Shown here piece after piece: positions 13,140 through 25,789 of a stretch of DNA of 64,000 nt. The notes beneath the pieces were generated by a model. That model had not been told where the DNA came from and did no database searches. It saw only the letters and a program-made list of their open reading frames with translations. A program made the translations under genes and the position numbers. This DNA is from Okamejei kenojei (taxonomy: Eukaryota). The stretch's first letter is position 1. The number at the start of each line of letters is the position of its first letter. The stretch spans positions 86,862,001 to 86,926,000 of the forward strand of contig CM069134.1 of the NCBI GenBank assembly GCA_035221665.1, in the 5' to 3' direction.

Positions 13140-13680
13140 AGGTACGCGACTAAGGAAATTCGGCATATCTCCGATGACTCGTACTAATTTCTACAGATAC
13201 ACATTAGAACGCATCCTATCCATCACAGCTTGGTATGGCAACTGTTCTGCAGAGAGTAATGAATGCAGCCCAGTCCCATCGACTCCATTTATACTTCACA
13301 CTGCCCTGAGAAAGCAGCAGGTATAATCAAGGACTATTCACACCAACTCTCTTTTCCCCTTTCCTGTTGGACAAAAGTTTCAAAAGTTTGAAAGCCAGAT
13401 CCACCAGATTCAAGAACAGCATCTTCCCCTCTGTAATCAGACCTTTGAACAGACCTCTCATGTGCCAGTGATCAAATCCAGATCTTCCAATCTACCTTGT
13501 TGCAGACCTTGCTCTTTTTTAAAATCTGTATTTTCTTTTGTAGCTGGAACGCTATTATCTCGTTTGCACTACCTGATGTAATCTTGTGCGGTATGATTTG
13601 TCCGGATTGCATGCAAAACAAAGTTTATCACTGTATCTCGGTACACATGACAGTAATAAACCAATTCCAGTACCAGTAGT
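13140..13680 (+). mobile_element. Rex1/Babar-like LINE 3' fragment
   Basis: Same motifs as 5130-5600; tail ctcggtacacatgacagtaataaac. Confidence 0.65.
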
Positions 13681-14157
13681 CAGCATAGGCATTGTGGGCC
13701 GAAGGGCCTGTTTCTGCACTGTCTGGCACTGTATCTCTATGACTAACCTCTGTAACCCACAACTGGAATAAAAGCTGAGGCAGCCATGTTCCACAAACTT
13801 ACAAAGAACATCAATAGGTTTTAAGTTGAGAGAAAAATGTCAAACCTTATTGCCCATGGTCTTAAATGTGTGTTTAACAGAAGACTGTCGGATAAGATTC
13901 CTTCACACCCTTTTGATAGCAATGCCGTGAAAGGCAGCTCTGCACCTTTCATGAAAGATAATTGAAGGGAGACAGGGACAGAGTGCACATAAAACTTTTA
14001 TTGAAGCAATAACTACTTCACTTTTGATTCACAAACTGCCTGAGTGCTGGGCAAAGTAAAAGTACATTGAGGATTAAAATGAGCTAATATGTCCATCTGT
14101 ATCACTCACCATCTCACATGCATTCTGAGTCTCATATCATATCTTATCTTTGAAAGG

Positions 14158-14358
14158 AAGGACACAGAGTGCTGGAGTAACTCAGTTGGTCAGGCAGCAT
14201 CCCGAGAGAACATAGATAGGTGAATGTTAAGGTCAAGACTCTTCTTTGACCGTACATTCACCTATCCATGTTCTCTGAGGTGCTGCCTGACCTACTGAGC
14301 TACTCCAGCACTTTGTGTCCTTTTGTGTAAACCAGCATCTGTAGTTCCTTGTTTCTAT
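14158..14358. mobile_element. Penelope-derived fold-back element
   Basis: About 70-80-bp inverted arms 14158-14227 and 14254-14322 with a short loop. Confidence 0.8.
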
Positions 14359-15149
14359 TTATTTTCTTAGTGTGAGGCATATTTAAATAAACCTCTCTTT
14401 GTTGTGGTAGAGTATCATAGTCATAAAGCTGTACAGCACCTCACTACAGGTCCTTTGGCCCACCTTGTCTACCCTGAGAAAAAGACTGTGTGTTCACTTT
14501 GTCCTTGTAGGGTACATTGTTATTGTTGCAGAGGGGCAGCCAATCATTTGATTTTGTCCAATTCTGAGAAATTGCTTGCTTTTTTTTTTACAGTTGGAGG
14601 AATTCTTGTCACTGAAAGAGACCTTTCAACCCATTTTTTTCTTGCTGTCCTAAAGAATTGAATTGAATCCTTGTTCTCAGTCTGTGCTCTTGGAGTTCTG
14701 CCTTCATATCCTTCCAATCACAGAGCACCATATCTCAACCATTATCTGGGTGAATGAAATCTTTGCGGCAGGGCAGCATGGTGGCGCAGCAGTAGAGTTG
14801 CTGCCTTACAGTGCTAGAGACACGAGTTATTCCTTGAGCCCTGGGACCAATATTTAATTCCAACATCACCCAAGAAAATCTGATGATATAACGTATTATA
14901 CATGCAGGAGCTTGATCTACACAAATTATGGAGTCATACAGCACAGAAGCAGCATGCTGTCCATGAAGTACCTTTCGATACTAATTCCATTACCCAGAAC
15001 ATCGGCCTAAGCCTTCTATGCCTTGGCAATTCAAGTACTAGTTGTTGCATTTCCTCCATTACAATAGTAACAACACTTCCAAGAATTCTTCATTGGCTTC
15101 TAAGGGAATCGTGGAAGGGAGACTACTTGAAACCAAGTCAGTCTTCTCC

Positions 15150-15357
15150 TAGCTCGTGGACAATTTTCATCAGGCCAGAAAAGCGCCCCGACCTACTTGA
15201 TGCCACGAGTACCTACGACCAGCATCACGACCTACCTACGACCTACCTACAACCTCCTACGCCCTCCTATGACCTCTTGACGACCATGCTGCGAGTATGA
15301 GTCAAGGGCAAACTCGGCAGAGGTCGTGAATTAGGTCGTGAAAGTGGGACAGGCCCT
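15150..15357. mobile_element. Right end of a Harbinger MITE
   Basis: Ends aagtgggacaggccct followed by TTA, identical to the terminus at 2114; internal cgacctac repeats; left end absent. Confidence 0.75.
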
Positions 15358-15497
15358 TTATACTGGTAATAGTCACGTGCAATTGGACTGCTTAGTCACA
15401 TGTAAAAAAAACCCCTCATTACTAATTAAAGTAACTTCAATTATTACAGAAGGAAACAAAAAAAATTGCATGTAGCGAAATTATGAATGAAGAATCT

Positions 15498-17890
15498 TTA
15501 GAATTTATCATCACTATCTGTGTCTTTGTCTGACCCATAGCATTGGTCATTGTCATCTGGATCGTACTCGTCATCACTTGAATCCTCTTTTTCTTCCAAG
15601 GAGTCAAGAATATTAACCAGCCTAGAGGGTAGGATCTCAGTTGTTGTCCATTGTGGTCCCAACTTGTCTCCATTCTTCATCCAGCCATCTGTTGGTGCTG
15701 GAATGGCGGGTTGGGCTCATGAGCCCTCTTCCATATTGCCACTTGGTAGTTTACCGTTCTGATGTGTTGCTCTCGACTGTCTTTGCAAGGTGGAAATGAA
15801 GACAAATCCACGTGAACGGACCTACTGATTTCCTCTCCATCACCTTTGCACCTTTCTTTCATCATAACGAATCTAGCTTTGTCGACATCAGTGAATCTTG
15901 GTTTCCCGTACAAGGCACATGTGAACTCCTCCAGGTTTGACATCAGCTCTTCTGAGACAGTCCAGGATTCCCCAAGCTCTGCCAGAGGTTTCGCAAATTT
16001 GTTACGCTGTTGCATCAGTTTGATTGGCTTGACTTTGCCGATTCCTTTGAAGGCACTTGTTGAGTCACAGCCTGAGAACGCATGCAGTCCAAGTACTGCT
16101 GAGCAGTATTCTAAGGAGGACTGCTTTGCAAAATGGGTGACATCTATTAACCTTTGCCTGTTGCCTCTCCCTGTGTCAAAGAACACTGTGGTGTCTTGAA
16201 TGCTGTTTGCACAGTGAAGCAATGCAAAAAAGATATCGCTGTCTGGGCTTTTGACTTGAATGTGGACATATCCTTGCTCTTTCCCATAGTTGCAGTACAG
16301 GATGACTCGCGAGTCTGTTTCTTCTTTGTTTGACATTAGGGATTAAATCTCAGATTGCAGTGCCCCTTTCCCATTCTGAGAAGTAAGAAGTGTGGCCTCT
16401 CCTTCCTTCATGAAGATCACTTTCCTTCCATGTAGCCTTTGCCATGTCATGCTCACTCCACACATCAAGTTCAATGAGCCGTTTCTTGTTCTCATCATTG
16501 GTCAAGAGCTGATTCCAATCTCTTGGTTTTTTGGTCTTTCCTCCTCTGATTATTCTCTTCTCCGCACACCCACGCCGTGTCCGTTCACTTGACTTCACTG
16601 AATCTGGTTTGTACATATCGGTACTGAAGACTACATCATTAGATGACAATGCATTGAAGATTTTGATGCCAATCTTTTTGAAGTTTGCAGGAATCTCTTT
16701 GAGATAGTAGAATGCAGCATTGCCATCTTCCACTATCCATGTATTGTTACTGGCAGGAGGTTGTGAGTTGTCTACATTTTTCAATAGGTAGTGTAGGGCC
16801 TTGAATTTATCAGTCTTTGCAAAGAAGTTGTCTGATGTACTAACGGAGGGATGTACAGGGGTCAGAGAGCACTTCATAATCTCCTGTAGATTGAGTTGAC
16901 TGAGAACTTTGTGCTTTGACCGTCAGTTGAAAAGCAATATCTCCTTGTTGCTTGTACTCTATAACCTTTCGTTCAGATGTTTTCAGTTTCACTCTTTTCT
17001 TTTTCTGCCATGGTTTTGAACTTCAGATTCTTGATGGGTTCGGAGAATGCGGTCTTTTTCTCAAGTCGTTCTCTGATGAACTTCTCTTTTTGTTCTTTCC
17101 CTGTGGTAAGTGCCTTTATGACATCTTTCTCAATTTCAGCCGGAACACGTGCACCAGTCTTGTCATCTACGTCAAAAGGATTCAGGAAGCTCTTTACAGC
17201 ATCAATGCCTTTACACATGCCTCACTTTTCCTTATCTCAGTTAGTTGCTGATCTCTGTGTTTGCTTCCGCGATTGGTATCAGAAGTCATGTCTGCGAGGC
17301 TGAGAGTTGCAGAGAAAAAGTGTGTCCTTTCTGTTGAAGTCCGAAACCATCTCTGATAAGCACTGTGTTCTCCAAAATGCCAGAGAGCCCAACACCACTA
17401 CCACCACCTCGAGGTTTGCCATGCAATCTCGAGGTGGTGGTTCTCAGTCAACTCAATCTACAGGAGGTATGAATGACCTAGCGACACTGATGGCACCTCC
17501 TTCGAGGAAAGCCAGGATGTGATTCTTCGATGTTTCCCAAGAACACAGCAAGGTAGGTCAGATAGCGGGAGTAATTGTGACCACCAAAGGTGAAGAAGAG
17601 ATCGGGCATAAGGAACAGACAGTGCAAGTACAACGGAAGGTTGTTCTCTTTCACAGACCTAATCAATGAGAGAGCGACCCGCACAGAATCCATGTACGAC
17701 AACCAAAATTGTGCAGTCTTCCCGAGAGAACCTTTTCGAACATCAGCTTTGAAGCTCTCATACGACTCCATCAATGTGTTGAGATCTGCATTGGTCATGA
17801 CTTCAGCAAGTGCCTGCTTTGTTGGCAATCGGATTAGCTCTTGAAAGATGCCCTTTGATGTTTCTGGTATACCGGGCTGCACTGCATCTT
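15498..17890 (-). pseudogene. Fragmented transposase/XPG(FEN1)-like nuclease gene
   Basis: FWLSYM..V...LSLIRS.KE.N..L.L......FF.FG.HNYSRYL; IVEDGNA; VFSTDMY...SVKSSERTRRG; EETDSR; SPDSDIF; LHAFSGCDSTSAFKGIGK (H3TH); NYQVAIWKRA; acidic C-tail. Confidence 0.85.
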
Positions 17891-17892
17891 TT

Positions 17893-18000
17893 CCAGGCAT
17901 GGGTACAATTACATTTTTAATTAAAATTACAATTAAATCTGCTTCGTATGTTTAATTACACTTACAATTACAATTAAAACTAGACTCAATTGCAAGTACC
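17893..18000. mobile_element. Possible hAT-like MITE fragment nested in the Academ remnant
   Basis: Starts caggcatggg, then repeated aattac motifs, exactly where the ORF breaks off. Confidence 0.35.
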
Positions 18001-18213
18001 AAATTCACAGACCACAAGAATGAGAGCAAAGTGTGAAAAAACACAATTTTGACATAGGTTGAAATAAAGGGTTAAAAAACATAGTCTAAATGAGTTTTTT
18101 TCTTGGAAACATCATTTTTCCGACAGAAGAGATACCATTGAACAAAATGACACCCAAGAAGTAGGATCATAGGGGAGGGCGGTGCATGGTAGGCCCCTCT
18201 GACCCACGGACTA

Positions 18214-18400
18214 TTTCCTCCATGTGCTCTGGTTTCCCCCACATTCCAAAAACGTGCAGGTGTGCAGGTTATGTAGCTTCCATAAGTTGTCCCTAGTGTG
18301 TAGGTTAGAACTAGTGTAGGGGTGATCGCTGGTCGGCGCAGACCCGATGGGCCGAATGGCCTGTTTCCATGCTGTACCTCCAAACTAAACTAAAACTAAC
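18214..18400 (+). mobile_element. HE1-type V-SINE, 3' half
   Basis: ctctggtttcccccacattccaaa..gggccgaatggcctgtttccatgctgtacctccaaactaaac. Confidence 0.8.
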
Positions 18401-18509
18401 AAAAGTTTCAGAAGGATATGGTCCAAATGCAGGTAAATGGGATTAGGCATATTGGTCGGTATGAATGAGTTGGGCCAAAGGGCCTGTTTCTGTGCTGTAT
18501 GACTCTGTG

Positions 18510-18745
18510 AACCTTTGAATTACTTCATGCATCGTGAACCCAGTGTTTATCCCTCAGCCAGAACATCACGACAAATTAACCTGATTATTTGTCTTGCTGC
18601 TGTTTGTGGGATCTTGCTGTGTCACCAGATGCCCAATGTTACCACAGCGACACGGGGTCAAATCCGCATCTTTGATCCCCGAGGAGCTCTCAGAGTTCTT
18701 GAATTCGTGAGGAGTGCCACAGAAATGCAAGTCTTCCCTTACAAT
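18510..18745 (+). mobile_element. Deu-domain SINE fragment (SacSINE1-like)
   Basis: ttgctgctgtttgtgggatcttgctgtg..aaatgcaagtc; related copies near 7290, 25450, 27250, 30150, 40900 and 63760. Confidence 0.55.
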
Positions 18746-19159
18746 TGAGGACAGAATGGGATATGCAGTACTCTGCACCTGTGGTTTTCTAACATTTTTT
18801 CAGCTGACCGCATTCAACCAAGCCAATCGCCTAAGTGTCCCAAAATTGTCCAGTCTGTAGACCGGCATTTATTTAAAGGAACGGATACGGTGTCAAATTT
18901 CTAATGTCCTGTAACCCACATAAGAATTGTGGCTCCCACTTTGAAATTACCACCCTTTACTGTGTATAAGGCTCTCCTCATATACAGAATTGAATTTTAA
19001 TATGAAGAAAGCAGTAACGGCTGTAATCAATGGCTGAAGATTAAGGTACAGTACTGAAGTAAAGACATCAAAAACTACTTTGGATTTACAAACCTTGACC
19101 TCCAAATACAAAGCCTGATTTGGTATTTTCATGAAATATAATGCTTGTAATCTTTAGAC

Positions 19160-19900
19160 TGTGGTGCATTATGATTTCTTACTTGGAACCACATACCTAG
19201 TTGATAGCCTTTTATGGAATATCTATAATAACACCCAAATCATTATTAAGCTTCAAATTCCCAAGCAATTTCTGATCTATGTGACATTCACACTCCTTCA
19301 GGGTCAAACAACATCTTGTAGCCTTCATAAAATGATTAAATATTTTAAACAGATCATGCTTATACATCCATTGCCCCATGAGACTGATACTGTTATCGTT
19401 TTTGTCAGAGGCTGTTTCCATCTGCATTTGTCATTCCAGCTCGCATTTATGAGTTATCAATCAGTATGTCAGAATGCAAAGTAACTGATGTTCTTGGGGT
19501 AGTTCTTGCATGGTCTATCTACAGCTTTTAATCAATGGTGATTTTTATTTTCCAAAGTTGCCCATAAATCTTTGCTCTTGCTGGTCATATTTTATTATTT
19601 GCACAGAAGCTGTGACAGAAGCAGTGGTTATATTGTCAGCACCCTACCTTTGTGCTAACTGTGTAACAAGGGCTTTTAAGGGAGATCACGGTGAATTGAC
19701 GCTCAGTGAATTAAAGACCTCAGCATCTGCCGCACTCACAGAAGATCTATTCTGCACACTTAAACGTGATCTCCCACCTCCCCTTACGGATATTCACACT
19801 GGGCCCCTGCCAAATGGGGACTTTAATCGGCTCAGAATAAGTATGATTAGCCTCTCTTTTTTGGATAAAGTTGTTTAAATTTTTTTGAGCTTGGTGGGTT
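19160..19900. promoter_or_regulatory. Candidate conserved non-coding element(s)
   Basis: About 700 bp repeat-free; CCCATAAA 19561, TGACAG 19613, TTGTCA 19633, several TAAT/ATTA cores. Confidence 0.4.
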
Positions 19901-21049
19901 TTGTATCTTGTTTGCTGCAGGGAGCGAGCGGGTAATCTTTGACTCCTCTCACCCTGGCCACAAACTCTCTGAAGCACTTTCCTCAAGAAGGTGACTCCGA
20001 ACTGTCAAAGCCACCACAGCCAGACATAAAAACACGAGCAGTAGCTCTACTCAACAACCAAAAGTCTGCAGCCTCCTTTTGCTCTGGTATTTTATTTAAT
20101 TCTTCACATGTTTAAATTATAATGTTTTATTCTTAATTGTTTACTGTATATCATGGAAACATAGAAACGTAGAAAATAGATGCAGGAGGAGGCTATTCGG
20201 CCCTTCGAGCCTGCACCGCCATTCAATATGATCATGGCTGATCATCCAACTCAATACTGAACCCCCAATACCGTGTGCTTTAAGTTTGTATACTAATCTC
20301 TTATGTGGGACCTTGTTGAAAGGTCATGATGTTACTTGCGAGCAAAACACCATGGCAAATTCCTTGGCTAATAACATTTATTAAATTCAATTCAATTCAA
20401 TACAGGGTTTTTTTCATGCTAGCTGACCCAAGGGACATGTAATGGAGGAGTTGTGAGCAATCACTATTTTTAATAATTAATTTCCAGTAAATAAATGACA
20501 GGGAATTACCAGTAAATGAATGACCGAGGAGAATTTGGTTGGGATTACAGACCCATTCAACATTTGTGCTAGTAGCACGATTGGTGGAGATCTTCAAGAC
20601 CATAGAAGTCCCATAGCAGGTTTGTTCTACATCCCAAGGAAAAAGCAAACTAGTGGAGGAACTCAGCAGGCCATGCAGCATCTGTGGAGGGAAATGGACA
20701 GGTAATGTTTGGGATCAGGACCCTCCTTCAGACTGAGTTAGGCCTGAACGAGGAGGCCTAGAAACTGAATGGGAAACCACGCTGCACAATTCTTTGCCTC
20801 TTCCCATGTTGTATGGGATCTCAAACAGTCTGGCAGGGGCCAGTAATCTACATTTAAAATGCTAGCACATGGAATAATGGCCAGGTTTCTGTTTTTCTTA
20901 GTAAAATGTGCAATGGGATCTATGAGATTGAGCTAAAGACAGACAAGAACTTAGTTTAATCTTTTATTTTAAAAAACAGTACCTCCGGTGATCTAGAACT
21001 CTGAGTACTGTACATTATTTTGGCCTCATGCTTCTAACAGTAGTATTGG

Positions 21050-21530
21050 TTTATTATCGGTTTATATATGTGTGTGGCAGAGCCACATGTGCATCAAAAT
21101 ATAATGAAAACCACGGATAAATCATACCATACATGAGTGATCAGGCAGTGCAAAAGAAGAAATTAACGGTATGCAGAATACAGTGTTACAGCTACGGAGA
21201 AAAAGTACAGATAAAAAGCACAAAGGCTGCAACCAGGTAAATTGGAGGATTGGGAAATTCCTCCGCAGCATTTGAAAGGAAAATTCAAAAGTCTGATAAC
21301 AGGAGAGAAGAAGCTGATTTTGAATTTGGTTGTACGTGCTTTCAAGATTTCGTATTTTCTGCCTGATTGGAGAGGTGAGTGGAGTGAATGACTGGGGCGT
21401 GAGTGGTACCTGGTTATATTGGCTGCTTTCCCAAGGCAACGTGGCATAGATGGAGTTGATGATGGGGAGGCTGGATGTATGATGGGCTGGGCTGCGTTTG
21501 CAACACTCTGCAGTTTCTTGTCATCTGGGG
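21050..21530 (-). mobile_element. Rex1/Babar-like LINE 3' fragment
   Basis: Minus-strand translation KKLQSV.NAAQ.I...CLGKAANI....S.P.HSL.SPL.SGRKY..LKARTT.FK.SFF..VIRLLN. Confidence 0.75.
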
Positions 21531-22434
21531 TGGGGCTTGAACTCACAACTGCCAGATGCAGAGCCAAGATTGCTTCCTACTAGTTGAGATGGAAGAGGAG
21601 CACCGTTCACCTCCTCCCACATTGTGGGAAAGTCATAAACACATCTGATGATCAACTAGAAGGCAGCTGTTTTTTGATCAACACACATTCTGTATGAGTG
21701 CAGTATATTATCCACTTGCCCGCCCCTTAATCAGATACCATCTCCGTGCGATTATAAATTCCATCAAAAACATCAATTTTCTTTTTACAATCTAAATGAC
21801 AAAATAAAGTGTTACTTCATATCATAAACTTGATAGCATAGATTCACACAAGGTTCTGCAAAATCTGTATCATCTGAAAAGGCTCAGTAAGTGTAGAGCT
21901 GTCTTTCTCTACAGCATGACATGTAGTGTAATGTATGAGACAGAGTGTTGTCAGTCACAGTTCCTTGGCACTCAAATATGGCTCTTAACATTAATACTAA
22001 ATCAAAAGAGAGATGCCCCACTTATACAGCAGGAATTATTTTAAATGCTACAAATGAATTAAGAATTGATGGAACCATGATGTTTAAGATTATTAATGGA
22101 TATGATAGAGATATCTTAAGACATAAATGAAAGGAACAAGGTGAGGAAGAGGGCCAGAGTGATCTAAGAAGGAAATTACAAAGCTTTGGCCCCAAGCAGC
22201 TGATATCCAGCAATGGTGCAGCGATAGATATCAGGAAAGTACAAATAGCCAAGAGTTGGAAGAGCAGGGAGATCATGGTGGTCTGGAGGAAATTGTAGGT
22301 TACGCAAGGGAAAGAAGCAACTATTTTCTGTGGTGGAGAATGCAGAATTAGGGGGAATAATCTTTGAAGCAGAGCCAGCCTTTTCAGGGATGATGTTGAG
22401 ACTTGGTTTTTCATACAAAGAGAAGTGGATGTTT

Positions 22435-22725
22435 TTTTTAGTTTTGAGATACAGCGCAGTAACTGGCCCTTCGGCCCACCGAGTCCACGACGACCAGCAT
22501 TCCCCGTACACCAGCACTGTCCTACGCACTAGGGACAATTTACAATGTTTACCGAAGCCAATTAACCTACAAACCTGTATGTCTTTGGAATGTGGGAGGA
22601 AACCGGAAACCACGGGGTCATGGGGAGAACGTACAAACTCAGTATAGACAGTAGTCAGGATCGCACTCGGGTCTCTGGCGCTGTAAGGCGGCAACTCTAC
22701 TGCCGCGCCTTCATACCGCCCCAAA
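22435..22725 (-). mobile_element. HE1-type V-SINE, near full length
   Basis: tRNA-like head (gcgcggcagtagagttgccgccttacagcgccagagacccgag), V-domain, CR1-derived tail. Confidence 0.85.
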
Positions 22726-23379
22726 TTCTGGAGCCCTCTTCTCCCCAAATTACAGCTGAGGTTGGGGGGTGGGGCACCTGATCATTTAAAAACTGACAAG
22801 AATCAAGTGTTTAATTGCAACATGCACCAGGACCCGAACAATTACATTCTTATTTGTTGTAGCTTACAGGCAATAAACGCAACAACACAACAAATAAATA
22901 TGCAATAAATGGTCAGTTTTTCTAAATAAACCAGACCATGATAATGCAAGCTGATGAATGCAATGCAACCTTAATCAAATTCCACAGTACTTTGGTTGTG
23001 GTTAGGGTTGAGCAGGTGATTCAAGAGGCTGATGGTTGATAGGAAGAAGCTGTTCTTGAGCCTGGAGATATCAGTTCTCAGGCTCCCGTTCCTTCTTCAC
23101 GATGGTAGTAGAGAGCGTGGCAAGGAAGGGGATGGGGCTTTGCTTATGTTATTAGGGGCCAGAGAACCAATAAGGGTGGACGGAGTTATGATGCACATTG
23201 GTGATGATCTAAGTAAATAGTTGCAAGCACTTGAAGGAATGAACAACAAGCCCAGTCACTGTGCTGTTGATGCAAACCATTTTAAAACTCTCTTCCTGCG
23301 AAAATTGATTTACACTACTTGGAATCCATCAGGTGTACACAAGTGAAATGTTGAATGATTCCAGCAATGGTTTTATTCC

Positions 23380-23620
23380 CCTTTCAGTCATTTTGACTCA
23401 GGTTGCTCATTGGTAGAGAACAAAACATGCTTATTGAAAATGAATTTTTTTGCTGATAAACTTATTTGCATAAATCTTCAGCAAGGTCAGTGCTCTCTAT
23501 ATATAGAAATGTCTTTTAATGGAAAGGATACAAATGAAATCATCACATTTTATTTCACTGTCTAATTGCACAGGTTCACGGATGATATTAATGTGTTTGT
23601 TTACGCAATTATATTTTCTC
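23380..23620. promoter_or_regulatory. Candidate conserved non-coding element
   Basis: Repeat-free AT-rich block with octamer ATTTGCAT at 23464-23471, TAATTG and TGTTTAC. Confidence 0.35.
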
Positions 23621-23621
23621 A

Positions 23622-23925
23622 GCGTTTAGTTTACAGATAGAGCATGGAAACAGGCCCTTCGGCCCACTGGGTCCACGCTGACCATTGATCACCTCCTTTC
23701 ACATTAGTTCTATGTTATCCCACTATTGCATTCATCCCTACACACAAGGGCCAAATACAGAGGCCAATTAACCTAGCACCCGCATGTCTGTGGGAGGAAA
23801 TTGGACTCCCACGCAGTCACAGGGAGAACGTGAATACTCTATACAGACAGCACCCGAGCTCAGGATGTAACCTGGGTCTCTGGAGCTATGGGCAGCAGCT
23901 CTACCAGCTGCACCACTGTGCCTCA
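23622..23925 (-). mobile_element. HE1-type V-SINE
   Basis: Head and tail match other HE1 copies. Confidence 0.8.
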
Positions 23926-24280
23926 CTCAAAGGTGGTGATTCTTTGGACTTCTCCTCATAGCATGGTGGAAATTTTTATTGTTTTGTGTCAAATAGGTCC
24001 TTGACAACCAAGTAGGTGAATGGTTACCATGGATGGGTGGGAACATGGAGGGGAGGTTACAATCTTCATCTTCCAGAAGGATTTACAGTTCTAGGAACCC
24101 TGACTGATTCATTGTGCCACCAACTCTATTCTAGGTTCCATACTCTGGTTCCTCACATGCATCATCATTCATAGCAAGAGGTGCTGGAGTATTTGTGAAA
24201 CGCAAAGATCTGGAGTACTGAGAGGATCAGGCAGCGTTTCTGGAGGGAATGGACAGGTAACGTTTCAGGTTGGGACACTT

Positions 24281-24845
24281 AGAAACATAGAAACATAGAA
24301 ATTAGGTGCAGGAGTAGGCCATTCAGCCCTTCGAGCCTGCACCGCCATTCAATATGATCATGGCTGATCATCCAACTCAGTATCCCGTACCTGCCTTCTC
24401 TCCATACCCTCTGATCCCCCTAGCCACAAGGGCCACATCCAACTCACTCTTAAATATAGCCAATGAACTGGCCTCAACTACCCTCTGTGGCAGAGAGTTC
24501 CAGAGACTCACCACTCTCTGTGTGAAAAAAGTCTTTCTCATCTCGGTCTTAAAGGATTTCCCCCTTATCCTTAAGCTGTGACCCCTTGTCCTGGACTTCC
24601 CCAACATCGGGAACAATCTTCCTGCATCTAGCCTGTCCAACCCCTTAAGAATTTTGTACGTTTCTATAAGATCCCCTCTCAATCTCCTAAATTCCAGAGA
24701 GTATAAACCGAGTCTATCCAGTCTTTCTTCATAAGACAGTCCTGACATCCCAGGAATCAGTCTGGTGAACCTTCTCTGCACTCCCTCTATGGCAATAATG
24801 TCCTTCCTCAGATTTGGAGACCAAAACTGTACGCAATACTCCAGA
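24281..24845 (-). mobile_element. Young CR1/HER1 LINE 3' fragment inserted in the loop of a Penelope-derived hairpin
   Basis: Uninterrupted about 155-aa RT C-terminus (LEYCVQFWSPNLRKD..RRLRGDLIETYKIL..FFTQRVVSLWNSLP); (ctatgttt)n tail; PLE arms at about 24200-24280 and 24880-24985. Confidence 0.9.
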
Positions 24846-25202
24846 CACATCTTTACCTGCCCAATACTCCAGACACTTCTTTACCTGCCCATTTCCTCCA
24901 GAGATACTATCTGACTGGCTGAGTTACGCCGGCACTTTGTGTTTCACTCAAAATTCCTGCATCGGCATATTCTTGTGTCTCCGCGCCATTTGTGTGGGAT
25001 GGGGCACTCAGAAGATTGCATCTTTTTCCCATGCCAGACACAGCAACATGAAGGTCTGGCCTAACCTCAGTTCAAATAATGGATTGATGTCCTGTCAGGG
25101 CACTGCCTTACATTCGAGATATTAAAGTCCATTTTCCCTGTCACGTGGCTGTACAAATCCCTCAGAAGAGCGCAATGGTTCCTTTCAATACCCTGCCAAT
25201 AT

Positions 25203-25416
25203 TAGGCACAAAATGCTGGAGTAACTAAGCGGGACAGGCAGCATCTCTGGATGGAAGGAATGGGTGACTTATCGGGTTGAGACCCTTCTTCAGATCTCGT
25301 CTTAACCAGAAAAATCACACATTCCTTCTATCCAGAGATGCTGCCTGTCCGGCTCAGTTACTCCAGCATTTTGTGTCTACGGTGTAGACCAGCATCTGCC
25401 ATTTCTTCCTAAACAC
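25203..25416. mobile_element. Penelope-derived fold-back element
   Basis: Inverted arms 25203-25267 and 25315-25379. Confidence 0.8.
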
Positions 25417-25789
25417 CCAGCCAATATTAATCCCTTTACCACTCTGTCTTAAACAAAACAGTTTAGATGATCACTAATACATTGTTGATGGTGGGAACCT
25501 ATTGACTTATTGTGCTTAAATTGAGTGGGGAGAGATTGTTTTAACTATGGCTGTGAAGTCCTTGGAGAGTGACTCAGATCTTACAAGCTGCTGTAGAAAT
25601 ACAGACCCCTTTATCTCTGAAATGAGCGAACCTCAAAGAAAACATAGCAAGCCTTTCCGAGCCCAGTTGCTGGAATTCCACATTGCCGTGCCATTGTTAT
25701 CTCAGCCACCAGGAGAATTTGAAAAGCAAATATTTTGTAAAGATGAAATGTGTAAATTTCAATTTAATGCAATGTGAAACAGTAGCATA

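Larger units (their letters stand above)
15361..18213 (-). mobile_element. Decayed Academ-type (AcademX-like) DNA transposon
   Basis: Collinear frameshifted minus-strand ORFs with transposase-like and XPG/FEN1-like segments; putative 5' terminus TAGTCCGTGGG at 18213 abutting a broken HE1 SINE. Confidence 0.7.

Noticed and set aside
15370-15390. tagtcacgtg as the second Academ TIR
   Set aside because: Only a short weak match to TAGTCCGTGGG and no TSD; the true end was probably deleted
22176-22748. 190-aa minus-strand ORF
   Set aside because: Read-through of an HE1 SINE and adjacent decayed LINE sequence
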